Positions 1 to 10,806 of a DNA stretch of 40,224 nt are shown here, in pieces. Source of the DNA: a virus (Duplodnaviria > Heunggongvirae > Uroviricota > Caudoviricetes); the IMG/VR virus record IMGVR_UViG_2734482777_000019. One strand, given 5' to 3'. The notes below the pieces were generated by a model. The model searched no databases. It saw nothing but the letters and a program-made list of their open reading frames with translations, and was not told the origin of the DNA. Within the stretch, counting starts at the first letter, position 1; the number at the start of each line of letters is the position of its first letter. Both the position numbers and the translations under genes were made by a program.

Positions 1-1158
1 ATGCTCACCGTTAAGCAGATTGAAGCAGCAAAGCCGAAAGAAAAACCATACCGCCTTCTCGATGGTAATGGCCTGTACCTTTATGTTCCTGTATCCGGGA
101 AAAAGGTATGGCAGCTTCGCTACAAGATTGACGGTAAGGAGAAAATCCTGACCGTCGGAAAATATCCGCTTATGACTTTGCAGGAAGCAAGGGATAAGGC
201 ATGGACTGCGAGGAAAGACATCTCGGTTGGCATCGATCCGGTAAAGGCGAAAAAGGCTTCGTCTAACAACAATTCATTTAGTGCGATTTACAAGGAATGG
301 TACGAGCACAAGAAGCAAGTCTGGTCAGTAGGCTATGCAACTGAACTTGCCAAAATGTTTGATGACGACATTTTACCCATCATCGGCGGTCTTGAGATTC
401 AGGATATTGAGCCGATGCAACTGCTGGAAGTAATCCGCAGATTTGAAGATCGCGGTGCAATGGAGCGAGCCAACAAAGCCCGCAGAAGATGCGGCGAGGT
501 TTTTCGTTACGCTATTGTCACCGGAAGGGCTAAATATAACCCGGCACCTGACCTTGCAGACGCCATGAAAGGATACCGCAAGAAGAACTTCCCGTTCCTT
601 CCAGCAGACCAGATGCCTGCATTCAACAAAGCACTGGCAACATTTTCAGGAAGTATCGTATCGCTCATTGCGACAAAAGTTTTACGTTATACAGCCCTAA
701 GAACGAAAGAGCTTCGTTCCATGCTATGGAAGAACGTCGATTTTGAAAACAGGATTATCACCATCGACGCCAGTGTGATGAAGGGACGCAAAATTCATGT
801 GGTCCCGATGTCAGACCAGGTGGTTGAACTTCTCACTAAGCTAAGCTCAATCACCAAACCAGTCTCAGAGTTTGTTTTTGCCGGGCGCAACGATAAGAAG
901 AAGCCAATCTGCGAGAACGCGGTATTGCTTGTGATCAAACAAATCGGCTATGAAGGTCTGGAAAGCGGTCACGGATTCAGGCATGAATTCAGCACGATTA
1001 TGAACGAGCACGAATGGCCCGCTGATGCTATTGAAGTGCAACTGGCACATGCCAACGGCGGATCTGTGCGCGGGATTTACAACCATGCTCAGTATCTCGA
1101 TAAGCGCAGAGAAATGATGCAGTGGTGGGCGGACTGGCTTGATGAAAAGGTAGAGTGA
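1..1158 (+). CDS. int: Tyrosine integrase, P4-type with N-terminal arm-binding domain
   Basis: 385-aa ORF with integrase-like N-terminal arm domain and C-terminal catalytic region (HxxR-like, terminal Tyr); sits directly after the AlpA-like xis across the circular junction. Confidence 0.88.
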   Translation: MLTVKQIEAAKPKEKPYRLLDGNGLYLYVPVSGKKVWQLRYKIDGKEKILTVGKYPLMTLQEARDKAWTARKDISVGIDPVKAKKASSNNNSFSAIYKEWYEHKKQVWSVGYATELAKMFDDDILPIIGGLEIQDIEPMQLLEVIRRFEDRGAMERANKARRRCGEVFRYAIVTGRAKYNPAPDLADAMKGYRKKNFPFLPADQMPAFNKALATFSGSIVSLIATKVLRYTALRTKELRSMLWKNVDFENRIITIDASVMKGRKIHVVPMSDQVVELLTKLSSITKPVSEFVFAGRNDKKKPICENAVLLVIKQIGYEGLESGHGFRHEFSTIMNEHEWPADAIEVQLAHANGGSVRGIYNHAQYLDKRREMMQWWADWLDEKVE

Positions 1159-1474
1159 GCGACCTTAACAACTATCGAATAGCACAAAGCCTTGCAATCC
1201 AGTGCAAAGCTTTGTGTGTCTCAGTTTGTCCCGTGTCACTAAGATTTCCAACACAAGACGTATCACCGTCTTTATGCCTAGAGATATAATTTTTTGCTAA
1301 TTATTTGAACAATCCATACATTCCATTTATGACTATCCTCAGGAAAGTGCCATGATTAGCACATTTGTCATAATCGTTACTGTCGATCGAGTTACTGCGT
1401 AGTGATACACTTCAACTCATTGTTTTGCAGTGATCATTACGGCTAAGGTATAGTCATTAAATTTAGGATTATAA

Positions 1475-3316
1475 ATGACAGTTACAACAAAGTTCAGAAA
1501 TGACATTAATGGCCTAAGAGCTATAGCTGTTATAAGTGTTGTTTTGTTTCATTTTTCATCTTCTATAATTCCAGGCGGATTTATTGGTGTAGACGTGTTT
1601 TTCGTCATATCTGGATACTTGATGACATCAATTATATTCAGAGGGATAGAATCTAATTCTTTTTCGGTTATTGACTTCCTGAAAGCAAGGGCGAGACGTA
1701 TAGTTCCTGCTCTCGTTGCAGTTGTATTCCTTACACTGATTATTGGTTATATGTTCTTTGAGCCTATGACATTACAGATCATAGGAAAACATTCTGCGGC
1801 AAGTCTAACATTTATTTCCAATATTATTTATCAGTCTGAATCAGGTTATTTTGATGATACATCAAAGCAAAAATTTTTACTGCATACATGGTCGCTATCA
1901 GTTGAATGGCAATTCTATATAATTTACCCGATAGTGTTACTTGCACTGTCAAAGATATTTTCAATAAAAAATCTTAAAATATTTGTTGTTGCGATTGCTG
2001 TTGTTTCTTTTGCATGGTGCATTTACATAACCAGAACTGATCCCGTGTCATCATACTTCAGCATCGCATCAAGAGGTTGGGAAATGATGCTGGGAGGCAT
2101 TGCTTTTCTGTTCCCGTTTAAAGGTAGCGATAAATCAAGACGAGTTTTGGAATCAGCAGGGCTAATATTGATCGCGCTGTCTCTCGCGTTCATGAGCGAA
2201 AGCTTGGCGTGGCCTGGCTACATTGCGTTTATTCCAGTATTCGGGGCCTATATCTGCATTCTTGCTGACAATAAAAGAACCATTCTTTCTGGTAAGATCA
2301 TTGAAAAGCTTGGGCTCTGGTCCTATTCAATATACTTGATCCACTGGCCGGTAATCGTCTTTTGCGAGAAGACGGGAATTGAGTTAAATATTTTCTGGTA
2401 TCTGGCTGGTGTAGTGTCAGCCTCAGCACTACTTTATAGCCTTGTAGAGAAGCGTCGTGGTTATGGATGGGGATTGCTTTTCTGTTATTGTGTATGTCTC
2501 GCAGCCGCTTTGTATGTCAATGTCGACGGGGTAAGTAGTCGCATTAAGAATCCTGATTACCATCTTAATAAAGACCTGTTCCGCCGGGCTTACGAAGGAC
2601 ATTTATGGATGCAGCCTGGAGAGAATGTAGACTACTTCAACGCTACAGAAAAAGACTTTGACTACATCATACTTGGTGACAGCCATGCAAGACACTATTT
2701 CGCTTTCTTCAAACAAAGCGGTCTTAAAGTAGCATCGCTAGCTGCGGATGGTTGTAAAGTTACAAAGCATTTTATGGGGCCGCTAAACTATTCTGAAAAA
2801 CTCAGAAAGATTTGCGAAGGAAGATATAAGAAGGCCGTTGAATTCATTAATGCCCATCCTGGCAAGAAAGTCGTATGGTTGCAAGCGTGGTATACTGGAA
2901 AGGTTGGAAACCCGCTAACGACTGACAATTCTTATAAAAATGATTTCATCAGTGAAATGAAATATTTTCTTGATGATATTAAAGGCTCTAACAGCCAGAT
3001 ATATATTGTTGGTGATACCCAGGGAAGCAAGGAAATCATGTATCAATGCCTGGCATCACAAGACCTTCCTATTAATAAATTATTCAGAAAATGCAATGAG
3101 TTTCAGGATTATATAGAGCCTGCAATGAATAGCAGATTTAAAATATTTGCTGAGCAATATCAAAAAGTTCATTTCGTTGACCCTAGCCCAGCAATATGCA
3201 GTGATGGCAAATGTAGAGTGGTTGATGGAGATATGCCTGTTTACACGGATAACTCTCATCTTACAAAGGTATGGTCAGTTAAGGTTGGTGAATATATCTT
3301 TAGCAAGATAAAGTAG
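1475..3316 (+). CDS. Membrane acyltransferase (acyltransferase-3 family with C-terminal SGNH-like domain), O-antigen acetyltransferase-like moron
   Basis: 613-aa ORF with hydrophobic multi-TM N-terminal two-thirds and soluble C-terminal domain; AT-rich relative to flanks; preceded by AT-rich intergenic region; lies between int and tailspike where P22-like phages carry serotype-conversion genes. Confidence 0.8.
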   Translation: MTVTTKFRNDINGLRAIAVISVVLFHFSSSIIPGGFIGVDVFFVISGYLMTSIIFRGIESNSFSVIDFLKARARRIVPALVAVVFLTLIIGYMFFEPMTLQIIGKHSAASLTFISNIIYQSESGYFDDTSKQKFLLHTWSLSVEWQFYIIYPIVLLALSKIFSIKNLKIFVVAIAVVSFAWCIYITRTDPVSSYFSIASRGWEMMLGGIAFLFPFKGSDKSRRVLESAGLILIALSLAFMSESLAWPGYIAFIPVFGAYICILADNKRTILSGKIIEKLGLWSYSIYLIHWPVIVFCEKTGIELNIFWYLAGVVSASALLYSLVEKRRGYGWGLLFCYCVCLAAALYVNVDGVSSRIKNPDYHLNKDLFRRAYEGHLWMQPGENVDYFNATEKDFDYIILGDSHARHYFAFFKQSGLKVASLAADGCKVTKHFMGPLNYSEKLRKICEGRYKKAVEFINAHPGKKVVWLQAWYTGKVGNPLTTDNSYKNDFISEMKYFLDDIKGSNSQIYIVGDTQGSKEIMYQCLASQDLPINKLFRKCNEFQDYIEPAMNSRFKIFAEQYQKVHFVDPSPAICSDGKCRVVDGDMPVYTDNSHLTKVWSVKVGEYIFSKIK

Positions 3317-3318
3317 TT

Positions 3319-3348
3319 AAAAAGCCTCTACTCAGAGGCTTTTTCTTT
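3319..3348. terminator. Bidirectional intrinsic terminator between convergent acyltransferase and tailspike genes
   Basis: Hairpin agcctct-actc-agaggct flanked by A-run upstream and T-run downstream, so a U-tract follows on either strand. Confidence 0.55.
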
Positions 3349-5149
3349 ATATCACCATATATCTGAAGCTTGCTCCGCCTGCAGCTGGAGAACCTGACTG
3401 CGTAGCAAGGACAAGACTTCCGTTTGATTGACTTAAAACATATGCATTTGCTGCTGCAGCTGAAGCATTTGCTGGGTGAATCACAACTTGTGAATAAGGT
3501 GTTATATTTTCATCAACCAGTGTTGCTGAAGCTACACCACTCAATCCATTGAATGCCTTCATCACCATCTTTTCAGTTGCAGAAAGAAGGACGTTTCTTA
3601 TTGTAAATGTACCTCCTCCAGTTGGGTTTAGCTTTGGAATGAGTGCACTTGTTACGGTTGTAAGATTGCAATTTGTCAAGACAAGATTATTTTGATAACT
3701 GGTAACCTGTGCAATACCTGAATTAACAACAGTGGCATTATTCACGGTGTTATCTGTAGCACCATCCGATTGGTTAACACCACTTTTTCCTGCAGCATTA
3801 ATATAAGCTGAAAGAACTCTGGTATTTGCCGATCCTGCCGCAAAGTTAATACCGTTTTGCTCGCAAGTATTAACATAAACACTCTCAATTGTGGATCCTG
3901 TTGTTGGCAGTCCAGCATGTCCAAAGTTAATACCGTGGAAAAATTGCGTGTTGGTAGATATCAACTTTCCTGCCATGCTCCAGCGGCAATCAAAACCAAT
4001 GCCTGATGCTGATGCAAGATCCACAGATGCATAAAGCAAACGGTTATAATCACCACTAAATTGAATACCAGAATAAGCGTCATCACCAGAAGCGCCTTGT
4101 GCATGCCCTAGTGCCGCAATACTTCTATTAGTTTTGTAAATATAAAACGCTTCATGCCCCCACGATTCAATCCGATCAACGATAAACTTTGAGTAATGGC
4201 ACTGATAGAAAAACAGACAACCAGAGCCGTCATTGCGGATTCCATCTGGTGATGGTGCACTTATAAAAGTGCGAGGGTAGTAATGGTCATGGACATAATG
4301 AGCGTAAAAATCTACGTTCTGACACTCTGTCAGATAGACAAGATGGGTTCCAATCTGTCCTGATTGTCCTGCTTTATTACCATCAATCTCATTAATGTGA
4401 ATTATTAGACCAGAGTTATTACCTGCTGCGTAAAGTAATCTGTCAAAGTCGACACATCCAGACGGTAATTTGAGCTTCCCCTTTACAATCACTTTTTTTG
4501 CTGAAGAAAGGTTGAGATTTTTTGCAACGAGAGTAAACCCTTCGGGAACAATCAGCATACCTATATCGTCAATCATCTTCTGAGCTGAGATTGATGATTC
4601 AACTTCGCTCACAGCTCCCCAATCTGCAACTGTAAGATTCTCTGCATTTTTTTCATGCTGAGTCCTTTTTACTGCTCCGGTATAAGGTTGAATAACAGGT
4701 ATCATTGCATCTCCGTCGCTGATACCTGCACCAATCAAATCTGCAACAGTGTGACCAGGACAAAGACCTATTAATGAGGCTCCATCATCACCAGACAACT
4801 CCTGTCTTAGCTGATCTGGATCATACTTCAACACGTTTGGATAGTTGAACTGCTGTGTACCATAAGCATCGTACACAGCCATAGAATGGCCTTGCACGGT
4901 AACGAATTTGGCAATCTGTCCGTTATATACAGGATAACCAGCAGCGTTAATGATGATTGGTTGCGAAACAGGAACGTGAGAGCCGTCTTCGTTCTCCACA
5001 TAAACCTGAATCTGGTTTTCAGGATTTACCGGATCAGTGTCAATTTTACCGATATAAATTTTGCCATTGGCTACGGCTTTAAAAGAACGCGCCATAGTGA
5101 AGAGTTGCGAAGGCATCGATACGATCACATTGGCTGTAATGTCTGTCAT
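3347..5149 (-). CDS. Tailspike protein with P22-type N-terminal head-binding domain and divergent receptor-binding domain
   Basis: N-terminal ~110 aa ([11 protein letters not shown]...VLKYDPDQ) closely match the P22 gp9 head-binding domain; the remainder is Gly/Ser/Asn-rich, beta-helix-like and not P22-like. Confidence 0.9.
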   Translation of the reverse strand: MTDITANVIVSMPSQLFTMARSFKAVANGKIYIGKIDTDPVNPENQIQVYVENEDGSHVPVSQPIIINAAGYPVYNGQIAKFVTVQGHSMAVYDAYGTQQFNYPNVLKYDPDQLRQELSGDDGASLIGLCPGHTVADLIGAGISDGDAMIPVIQPYTGAVKRTQHEKNAENLTVADWGAVSEVESSISAQKMIDDIGMLIVPEGFTLVAKNLNLSSAKKVIVKGKLKLPSGCVDFDRLLYAAGNNSGLIIHINEIDGNKAGQSGQIGTHLVYLTECQNVDFYAHYVHDHYYPRTFISAPSPDGIRNDGSGCLFFYQCHYSKFIVDRIESWGHEAFYIYKTNRSIAALGHAQGASGDDAYSGIQFSGDYNRLLYASVDLASASGIGFDCRWSMAGKLISTNTQFFHGINFGHAGLPTTGSTIESVYVNTCEQNGINFAAGSANTRVLSAYINAAGKSGVNQSDGATDNTVNNATVVNSGIAQVTSYQNNLVLTNCNLTTVTSALIPKLNPTGGGTFTIRNVLLSATEKMVMKAFNGLSGVASATLVDENITPYSQVVIHPANASAAAANAYVLSQSNGSLVLATQSGSPAAGGASFRYMVI

Positions 5150-5285
5150 TTAATTTGCTCCAGATACAAGGAATCGCCGCAGCATGGCTACGGTTGGTAT
5201 TTGTTTGGTTTTTGAACTACGAAAATTTCGTAGTGCTATCCATCAAGGCCATCGCCGCTTAGTTGCTGCGGTGAATTTTGGGCAT

Positions 5286-5308
5286 AAAAAAACCCAGCCG
5301 AAGCTGGG
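5286..5308 (-). terminator. Intrinsic terminator downstream of ant
   Basis: On the minus strand cccagc-ttcg-gctggg hairpin followed by a 7-nt T-run, immediately after the ant stop. Confidence 0.55.
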
Positions 5309-5327
5309 TCGTTGCGTTGGTTATCTG

Positions 5328-6206
5328 TCAGTAGTTATGTACTGAAGGAGGCAATTCTTTATTCTTAAGTCTCATCCATGCGGAAAGATTCGTTGGTCCG
5401 TCTGGCTCATTAATATCAACATCTCGTGTGTGGTTTATTAAAACGTCTCTCGCCATTCCGATAACATACGAGAATTCATGACCGTAGTCGTAGCATCTGC
5501 CGGAATAGTTCGATTGAATTTGTTTTAGCGCCGGATACAGTTCGCGGAATAATGCCTGTGAGCGGTTGGCATAATCCCATAACCATACAAAGCTGTTTGC
5601 TTCTTTTGCAGAAAGCTCGTTGGTTTTCTTCTCTTGTTTGCCAATGAACTCACCTTCAAGCACTACCCTGTGGATGTACTCTACGGCCAGCGGGATTTGT
5701 TCAATTGAAAGTTCATCAATGCTGTCAATACCAAAACGCTGATGAACCATATTGTATGCATCGTCATAGCGAAGTCCTTTCTTTCCTACCAGCATGTTTA
5801 CTGCATCGCGTAGCGGTGTTCTTTCCTCAACAGTGGTTTTCTTTCCTTTTACATACTCGCCATGTTTGCGAATTGAAGGCAGAACTTCTGCTGTTACCCA
5901 CTTGCGGAATTTGTGCGGGACTGAACCTTTATTGACTGCATCGCGGCAGCGCAGAACCAATGTATACATACCTGATTCGCTCACAATGCTTAGATTCTGC
6001 TCACCACCAAGGGTGTAACTTAAAGTTACTCCCTTTTCATCGTCATCAAGTGCAGTAAGCGCCTTGCGTGAGTTAGTCAAATCTAAAGCATCACAAACAT
6101 CTTTAGCTACAAACCACGGCTCACCGCACTTGTTGATGACGCGGATTTCACTGTCGCCGAATTTGAAGATGGTGAAATCGTTTTGTGCCTTTGCTATACT
6201 TTTCAT
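5328..6206 (-). CDS. ant: Antirepressor (Bro-N domain family) of the immI region
   Basis: 292-aa ORF with Bro-N-like N-terminus ([16 protein letters not shown]); located directly downstream of arc as in P22 immI. Confidence 0.8.
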   Translation of the reverse strand: MKSIAKAQNDFTIFKFGDSEIRVINKCGEPWFVAKDVCDALDLTNSRKALTALDDDEKGVTLSYTLGGEQNLSIVSESGMYTLVLRCRDAVNKGSVPHKFRKWVTAEVLPSIRKHGEYVKGKKTTVEERTPLRDAVNMLVGKKGLRYDDAYNMVHQRFGIDSIDELSIEQIPLAVEYIHRVVLEGEFIGKQEKKTNELSAKEANSFVWLWDYANRSQALFRELYPALKQIQSNYSGRCYDYGHEFSYVIGMARDVLINHTRDVDINEPDGPTNLSAWMRLKNKELPPSVHNY

Positions 6207-6274
6207 GTCAATATTTCCTAATCCGATTTGTTGATGCCGAAGCCCTGACTGTTACAGCAGTTGGGGCTTCAACT

Positions 6275-6436
6275 TTACGCACCAATGCGCCCTTCCTTCT
6301 TAAAGCTTTCCATTACTCGCTGATAAATCTCAGAATTAACAGACCGACCATTTTCTTCCGCCACCTTGCGTACCAAATCCAATACTTCTTTAGGCCACCG
6401 CAAATTGAACTGTGGCATTTTGCTCATTCCTTTCAT
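6275..6436 (-). CDS. arc: Arc repressor (ribbon-helix-helix)
   Basis: Internal Met gives 53 aa MKGMSKMPQFNLRWPKEVLDLVRKVAEENGRSVNSEIYQRVMESFKKEGRIGA, near-identical to P22 Arc; the longer track ORF would start inside the Arc operator. Confidence 0.95.
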   Translation of the reverse strand: MKGMSKMPQFNLRWPKEVLDLVRKVAEENGRSVNSEIYQRVMESFKKEGRIGA

Positions 6437-6452
6437 GTTCACCTCACAATAT

Positions 6453-6469
6453 AGGTCCACGGTGGACCT
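6453..6469. promoter_or_regulatory. Mnt operator (perfect 17-bp palindrome aggtccacggtggacct) within Pant
   Basis: Perfectly symmetric sequence matching the P22 Mnt operator, located between arc and mnt. Confidence 0.8.
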
Positions 6470-6478
6470 ATTGAGAAT

Positions 6479-6499
6479 ATAGTAGAGTGCTTCTATCAT
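6479..6499. promoter_or_regulatory. Arc operator (atagtagagtgcttctatcat)
   Basis: Matches the P22 Arc operator sequence on the opposite strand; immediately upstream of the arc start on the minus strand. Confidence 0.8.
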
Positions 6500-6526
6500 G
6501 TCAATACACTAACTTGGAGTGATGGC

Positions 6527-6781
6527 ATGGCTAGAGATGATCCGCACTTTAACTTCCGTATGCCTTTGGAAGTAAGAGAAAAATTGAAATTAAGAGCCGA
6601 GGCTAACGGAAGGTCAATGAACTCTGAGTTATTACAAATCGTTCAGGATGCACTATCAAAACCATCACCGATTACAGGATATCGCGACGAAGCTGAACGC
6701 TTGGCTGATCAGCAGGCTGAGCAGTTCAAGGCTATAGTGTTTGAGACACTTAAAAAGATTTATGAAAAGGATTTGAAATGA
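6527..6781 (+). CDS. mnt: Mnt repressor (maintenance of lysogeny, RHH family)
   Basis: 84-aa ORF MARDDPHFNFRMPLEVREKLKLRAEANGRSMNSELLQIVQDALSKPSP..., near-identical to the P22 Mnt N-terminal domain. Confidence 0.95.
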   Translation: MARDDPHFNFRMPLEVREKLKLRAEANGRSMNSELLQIVQDALSKPSPITGYRDEAERLADQQAEQFKAIVFETLKKIYEKDLK

Positions 6782-7113
6782 GATTTCTATCACTGTTCTT
6801 GTTAGCAGTTGTCTCTTCTTCCAGTGCTGAGCTGCGCGAGCTTCAAACGGGTAATGACCTTCTTTACAACATTCAACAAGGTAAAAAGGGTGATGATTTT
6901 TCATCGCTTTACATTACTGGATATTTGCGCGGAGTAACTGACTCATTGATACTAATTGGTTCTCTATGTCCTCCTGATGGCGTTGACATGTATCAATACA
7001 CCGATATCGTTGAGAAATATCTAAACAAAAACCCAGAATCAAGAAATGAGAGTGCAGTTATACTAACCGCCCTAGCAGTAGGAAAAACATTTCCGTGCAA
7101 AAAGAATCAATAA
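6778..7113 (+). CDS. Hypothetical secreted protein (cleavable signal peptide), translationally coupled to mnt
   Basis: 111-aa ORF; start overlaps the mnt stop (ATGA); N-terminus MRFLSLFLLAVVSSSSA is a typical signal peptide. Confidence 0.6.
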   Translation: MRFLSLFLLAVVSSSSAELRELQTGNDLLYNIQQGKKGDDFSSLYITGYLRGVTDSLILIGSLCPPDGVDMYQYTDIVEKYLNKNPESRNESAVILTALAVGKTFPCKKNQ

Positions 7114-7128
7114 CAATAAGGGCTTAAA

Positions 7129-7518
7129 ATGAAATTGATTATAGCAATGGCTTTCCTTGTCTTCTCGTTTTCTGTCTCAGCAGAGTGCTGGGTCGTTGGA
7201 GATATGCACGGAATAAGCTATTCAGAACGAAATAATTTTCAACCGGAAGAAGATGGTTTTAGTGGAACATTCATCATTAAGACAAACGGTGAAGATGCCA
7301 GTATCACATATTCTGGGACGGATGCGGGCGGCATGGCTTACAAAGCATTGTCTAAAAACTCCATCATTGGAATCGGCGCGAATGGCGAAACTCAACGAGT
7401 TATCGACTCATGGGTAATACATCCTAATGGAACAGTTTTAATGTCGAAAACCATTTCTGGTTATGGGAATATGGATTCAACCAAAGCTTTTGTTGGAAAA
7501 GTAAAAAGAAAATGTTAA
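7129..7518 (+). CDS. Hypothetical secreted/periplasmic protein
   Basis: 129-aa ORF with signal peptide MKLIIAMAFLVFSFSVSA followed by ECW; 15-nt spacing after the previous gene, same operon as mnt. Confidence 0.6.
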   Translation: MKLIIAMAFLVFSFSVSAECWVVGDMHGISYSERNNFQPEEDGFSGTFIIKTNGEDASITYSGTDAGGMAYKALSKNSIIGIGANGETQRVIDSWVIHPNGTVLMSKTISGYGNMDSTKAFVGKVKRKC

Positions 7519-7542
7519 CGATTGAATCCAATTCCCCATACG

Positions 7543-9384
7543 TTACTGCTGTGTTGCCTCAGTAGCAAGCAGCGGCCTGATGGCATTTGCAGCGTTACTC
7601 AACGCTCTTTCATAGGCTGGCGTTCCAGCTTTAGTGTTTGCCAGACGTAAGAGAGCATTCCTTGCTGCTTTGGACTCATACAAACGCATCATTGCACCAA
7701 AGCCAGCCTCAAGCCCCATTGATACACCAAGAGTCGCAGTTGCGCCAATCGTCCTTATCCTGTTGGCTTGTGATTGCCCCGTCTGAGTTACTACATTTGC
7801 GGTGTCTGACCTTGCTGTTTGCTGTAGAACTTCATGAAGAGCATCAAGCTCTTTCATGTGCTTTCCAGAAAAAATAGTGTTGTAAATTTCACCGCCTGAC
7901 TGAGATTTCAGCTTATTAACTTCAGTGATGAACTTGGCTGGAGAGTCACCGGCCTTTTCCGCTATTTTGCTGACGTAAGCTGCACGCATAGCATCTTTCC
8001 CTTTATCATCCAGGGCGCTCCATATTCGTTTCACGTCAGATGGTTTTCTGCTTAATACAACGGTATTTATAAGTTCAGGACTGGCTTCACTGCTTGCCTT
8101 GTTGAGCTTGTTAGCAATGTTTTTATTAAGCACCTTATTATAAACGTTTGCATAATCGGAATTTGCTTTAAGGTATTTTGCTGCGTCTGATGCACCGAGG
8201 TTTTTAGCAACTGCGTTACGAAGGTCTTTTGACATTGCATTCTCTACCATATTGGTAGCTGCTTTTGCCTGGTTGGGGAAGACCATAGCATCTCCCTGAA
8301 CATTAGATCTAAATGCTGTTCTGTGCTGACGCAAGAGATCAAACGTAACATCCAAATCAGTTGCAGGGTTTGCTAATTCTTCACGTAGGTTACGCAAGGA
8401 TGTAAGCAGGCTTTGATTGGCAGACGTCCCAAGCCGTTCCTGTCTTGCGATCGCTGTATTCAGAGCATTCATGGTATTTGTGGTATCAACTGCGGCATTA
8501 CCCATTTTATTGGTGACGTCATTGATAACAGCGCCAGCGGCATCCTTCCGCCCCCTTAACGTGGTGGTAAGAGATTTCACCACATCATCAGGGTTGTACT
8601 CACCAAAACGGTCAAAATAATTACTTACCAGCTTACTACGCGTTGCATATTGCTCCGCTCGCTTTGAGCCTGTCCCGAGCAAAGCCCCCTCGGCATCCTG
8701 AGTTAGGCCGCGAGTGAAAGCATTTTTCGGCGGGATAACATCAGATGTCATTGGTGTCACGCCCATCGATTCTGATGTGGCAATTTTCTTCGCCACTTCT
8801 GGCGCAATATCACCTTTTATAGCCGTTATTCCACGCCCTATTCCCTTTGCTGCTGCGGAAAGAACACCCTGAGTGGCAAGGTTAACTCCGGCATTTTTAG
8901 CTGCATTTTGTGCGAAATCGCCTTTCTGATTTGCGGCCTCTGCCAGTGATCCAATAGCCATGCTTCCTGCCGTTCCAACTCCTGGAACTAAATACCCACC
9001 AATTGTTTCACCGGCTTGCGCGTAGGGGTCTGTCGGTCTGTCTACTGGACGATAAACATCATCCAAAACCTTGGGTCCACCAAGCCCCTGACTGATTGCA
9101 TTAATCAGACTTGCGCCGCCCTGCAATACGTCAAATGGTATGTTTACCAGACCACGACCAGCCTGTTCTGCAATTTGCCCTGCACTTTGACCACCAGTGA
9201 GCCAATCGCCAGCTTGTTGGATCAATGATGGTTCTTCCCGTGTTGGTGCATTATTGGCCTGATTAACTGTTTGTTGCTGAACAGCCTGACCAGCAAAATA
9301 CTCATCAATGGCGGTGCCAATATCTTCGGTGCTCGTACCATCAGGAAAGGTAAATGTCTTACCGTTTGCAGTTACTTTCATCAT
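7543..9384 (-). CDS. Ejection (internal/injection) protein, P22 gp16-like
   Basis: 613 aa (P22 gp16 is about 609 aa), last gene of the gp7-gp20-gp16 ejection cluster; Ala/Gly-rich. Confidence 0.85.
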   Translation of the reverse strand: MMKVTANGKTFTFPDGTSTEDIGTAIDEYFAGQAVQQQTVNQANNAPTREEPSLIQQAGDWLTGGQSAGQIAEQAGRGLVNIPFDVLQGGASLINAISQGLGGPKVLDDVYRPVDRPTDPYAQAGETIGGYLVPGVGTAGSMAIGSLAEAANQKGDFAQNAAKNAGVNLATQGVLSAAAKGIGRGITAIKGDIAPEVAKKIATSESMGVTPMTSDVIPPKNAFTRGLTQDAEGALLGTGSKRAEQYATRSKLVSNYFDRFGEYNPDDVVKSLTTTLRGRKDAAGAVINDVTNKMGNAAVDTTNTMNALNTAIARQERLGTSANQSLLTSLRNLREELANPATDLDVTFDLLRQHRTAFRSNVQGDAMVFPNQAKAATNMVENAMSKDLRNAVAKNLGASDAAKYLKANSDYANVYNKVLNKNIANKLNKASSEASPELINTVVLSRKPSDVKRIWSALDDKGKDAMRAAYVSKIAEKAGDSPAKFITEVNKLKSQSGGEIYNTIFSGKHMKELDALHEVLQQTARSDTANVVTQTGQSQANRIRTIGATATLGVSMGLEAGFGAMMRLYESKAARNALLRLANTKAGTPAYERALSNAANAIRPLLATEATQQ

Positions 9385-10796
9385 TCCACCGTAAATTGAA
9401 TGCCTGATTTTGAGGTATATGATCCAACCTGATTCCGTGGTTCTCCTGAAGGTGTCGAATCTTGTGCTGGCGCTGCGTCAGTATTCATTGACATATACCG
9501 CTTAACGGCACTCCCCAATGATTCACCTTTTTTAACATCCAACCCCAATATCTGACCGCCATTACGCGATTGTCCAGGGTTGCCATTCGCGCTCATCCAC
9601 TCGGCTTTAAACTCATTAAACTGCGCGTTTCGTCGCTCAAGGTTTGCCATTGCATCAAGCCATCTTGCGACCGTCTCAGGGTTATCCATGTCAGTTGGCG
9701 CACCCTGTCGAACGATCTCAACGTCTTTATCCGTTGCTGGGCCGGGAGGTAGGAATTTAAGAACCTGACTGTTAACAAGGGCATTTTGGCGAATGCGCAA
9801 ATCACGCAATGTTGTATCGCTTCCGGTAAGTTTTGCGAACATGTTCTGTGCGTTACCGAACAAACCTGTCGTTGGTTTTTCTGCTCTGAACTGTTGAGCA
9901 AGCGCACTCATAGAATTGGCTGAGTTTGATGATGCTGTAGCATTGTTTACAGCCGTCTCGATGCCTTTTTCCATGTTTACTGACAGCTTAGGTGCTTCGC
10001 TAATCAACTGCTGAGCCTTTTCCTGCGCTTGCTGCATCTTAAACCCGAACTCTTGCTGATCCAGAGCCAAGCGTTGTGCTGCGATATTGTGCCCAGTCAT
10101 TGCTGACTGATAGGAAAGGTTTTGCCCTCTCGCCTGAAGTGCTTCACCAGCCTGATTGCTGCGGATTGTCTCTGCCAGCCTGCCTCGGTCAATCTCACGA
10201 CCAGCCATCTTGTCCTGAACAGCAAACGCCTTTTCTGGCCCAAGTGCACCGAGAGACATAGTAGTCAGCATGTGTGATAGCTGCTCTGGATTCTGGATAC
10301 CTGTCTGAATCATCCAGTCAGCATTCGCACCCACGCGATTTAACCTGTCCTTGTTGTCAGTAATGAATTTACTGTAGGCTTCCGGTCCCTGGGAAAGAGC
10401 GACGTTAGCCCTCATGGCTAAATCGCCCATATCGTTGCGTTGCTGCTCATTAAGACCGGAAAACGCCTGTTGTGCCTGTGCAACAAACGCTGGATTTTCC
10501 TGGGCAAACTTAAATAGTCCAGATGGATCACCAGAAGCCCATGCATCAGCGTGAACCTTATTGAACGCACTAATAGCTTTCTGTTGCTGTTCCTGATTGT
10601 AAATATCAGCAACTCCAGCCAGACCACGTAACGCGGTCAGACCAATGTTATTTGCACCTGAGCGAGCCAGTTCATTGTTTTCGCGGATCAGACCAAACGT
10701 TGCGTTAATGTCGCTTTCCTTTGGCGCATTCTCATTTTGCGTACCGATGCCAGCCAGAAAACCACCAGAATTAATACCCTGTTGCCACGTAGCCAT
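9381..10796 (-). CDS. Ejection protein, P22 gp20-like
   Basis: 471 aa, same length as P22 gp20; positioned between gp7 and gp16 with overlapping stop/start. Confidence 0.85.
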   Translation of the reverse strand: MATWQQGINSGGFLAGIGTQNENAPKESDINATFGLIRENNELARSGANNIGLTALRGLAGVADIYNQEQQQKAISAFNKVHADAWASGDPSGLFKFAQENPAFVAQAQQAFSGLNEQQRNDMGDLAMRANVALSQGPEAYSKFITDNKDRLNRVGANADWMIQTGIQNPEQLSHMLTTMSLGALGPEKAFAVQDKMAGREIDRGRLAETIRSNQAGEALQARGQNLSYQSAMTGHNIAAQRLALDQQEFGFKMQQAQEKAQQLISEAPKLSVNMEKGIETAVNNATASSNSANSMSALAQQFRAEKPTTGLFGNAQNMFAKLTGSDTTLRDLRIRQNALVNSQVLKFLPPGPATDKDVEIVRQGAPTDMDNPETVARWLDAMANLERRNAQFNEFKAEWMSANGNPGQSRNGGQILGLDVKKGESLGSAVKRYMSMNTDAAPAQDSTPSGEPRNQVGSYTSKSGIQFTVE

Positions 10797-10806
10797 TGAT
10801 TACCCC

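Noticed and set aside
4886-5215. 109-aa plus-strand ORF
   Set aside because: Antisense to the conserved N-terminal domain of the tailspike gene.
6275-6499. Full-length 74-aa version of the arc ORF
   Set aside because: The upstream start would lie inside the Arc operator/Pant; the internal Met gives the canonical 53-aa Arc.
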